From assembly GCF_964204645.1 (NCBI RefSeq), contig NC_134028.1, positions 15,631,653 to 15,695,652 of the forward strand: a stretch of DNA of 64,000 nucleotides, read 5' to 3'. A program made the position numbers and the translations under genes. This document shows positions 63,075-64,000 of the stretch, in pieces. The notes under the pieces were generated by a model. It was not told where the DNA came from. It made no database searches and saw nothing but the letters and a program-made list of their open reading frames with translations. This stretch comes from Tubulanus polymorphus (lineage: Eukaryota > Animalia > Nemertea). Position 1 is the stretch's first letter, and the number at the start of each line of letters is the position of its first letter.

Positions 63075-64000
63075 AATGGGATAATGACTAATTGGGATAC
63101 ACTAATGCCAAGTGTAATGATGAGTTATAGGCATGATCCCTCAACTAAAGGTTCAGGTTTTAGCCCTTACCACGTGTTATTCGGTCAAGAAATGCGTCTA
63201 CCAATAGACACAGCGTTAATTCCTTGCCATTCCTTAGCTACTGATCATAAGGCATACTTATCGTATATATTATGGAAGCTTGTCATATCACGAAATATCG
63301 CTAACGAGAATATTAAGAGCTCAAAATAAGTATAAAACTCAGTTCGATAAAAAGGCATCAAAACCTCAGTTTCAGATTTCTGATCGCATTTGGCTAAAAG
63401 TCATGAAAGTTAAGAAAATAAAATCGCTAAAACTGTGTAAAAAATACGTAGGTCCCTATTTCAATCAGTCAGTAGCTAGCAAAGGGGCTTATCAATTACG
63501 AAGAATCTCTGATAACGTTTTACTCCCATCGCATGTCAATGGGAATCGTCTTAAATTATACAAAGATCCTTCATCGCGTCCGAATTATGAAGAGGTCGCA
63601 TGGGATGGTTCAACAGCTGAGGAAAACCCTGAATTATTCGACGAGATTCATGGGCGCTTAAAATATAAACCTAGCAATCTAGCTGATACTCCAACTGACA
63701 TTCAAATTTCGCCAGACGATAACAAAGACAGACCAGTTGTTACTGAGACTTTCAATGAATCAGATATTCAGAAAATTCTACAGTACAAACTAGAAAACGG
63801 TTTATGTAAATATCGCGTAAAATGGAAGTCAGATTTAAATCGTGAAAATTCTTGGGAATTAGGAAAATGGATCCCAAATAAACTAATTCGACACTTTCAC
63901 GAAAACTATGCGGCATCAGGCAAAACACGTAAGAAACCGTGCAAAAGTAAGTTTTTTGATCGCATTACAGACAATGCTGATAATAATCAAGGAAATCAAA
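63075..64000 (+). mobile_element. Gypsy integrase C-terminal fragment with chromodomain-like tail
   Basis: NWD..PSVMMSYR..GFSPYHVLFGQEMRLPID; YVGPY; HVNGNRLK; IQKILQYK....KYRVKWK....NSWE. Confidence 0.8.

Overview
Animal (probably marine invertebrate) genomic DNA that is almost entirely transposon- and virus-derived. It contains: (1) two related Ty3/Gypsy LTR retrotransposons, a 5'-truncated copy at 1-~3990 and a full-length copy at 21954-29534 (231-bp LTRs, TGAA TSD). Both carry an extra SGNH/GDSL-esterase ORF in the env position, directly behind a splice acceptor. (2) Penelope, BEL/Pao, LINE and chromodomain-Gypsy fragments, a 49-bp minisatellite and many MITE/foldback elements. (3) Two disabled dermatopontin/amebocyte-aggregation-factor genes, an aquaporin with a premature stop, and a spliced MULE-type transposase gene with SWIM, Ulp1 and PHD domains. 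(4) A very AT-rich endogenous Polinton/Maverick-type virus (~41.9-56.3 kb: integrase, packaging ATPase, major and minor capsid, membrane proteins, pPolB) plus rearranged sister fragments to 61.2 kb. The most striking signal is that 11 of about 13 viral gene starts sit in TAAATG, with upstream T-runs or AATAAAAA cores that resemble poxvirus late and intermediate promoters. The element also ends in long hairpins. Together these suggest, as an inference, a virophage-like element transcribed by a cytoplasmic large DNA virus. All assignments come from reading motifs by eye; no database searches were run, and some frameshifts could be sequencing errors.
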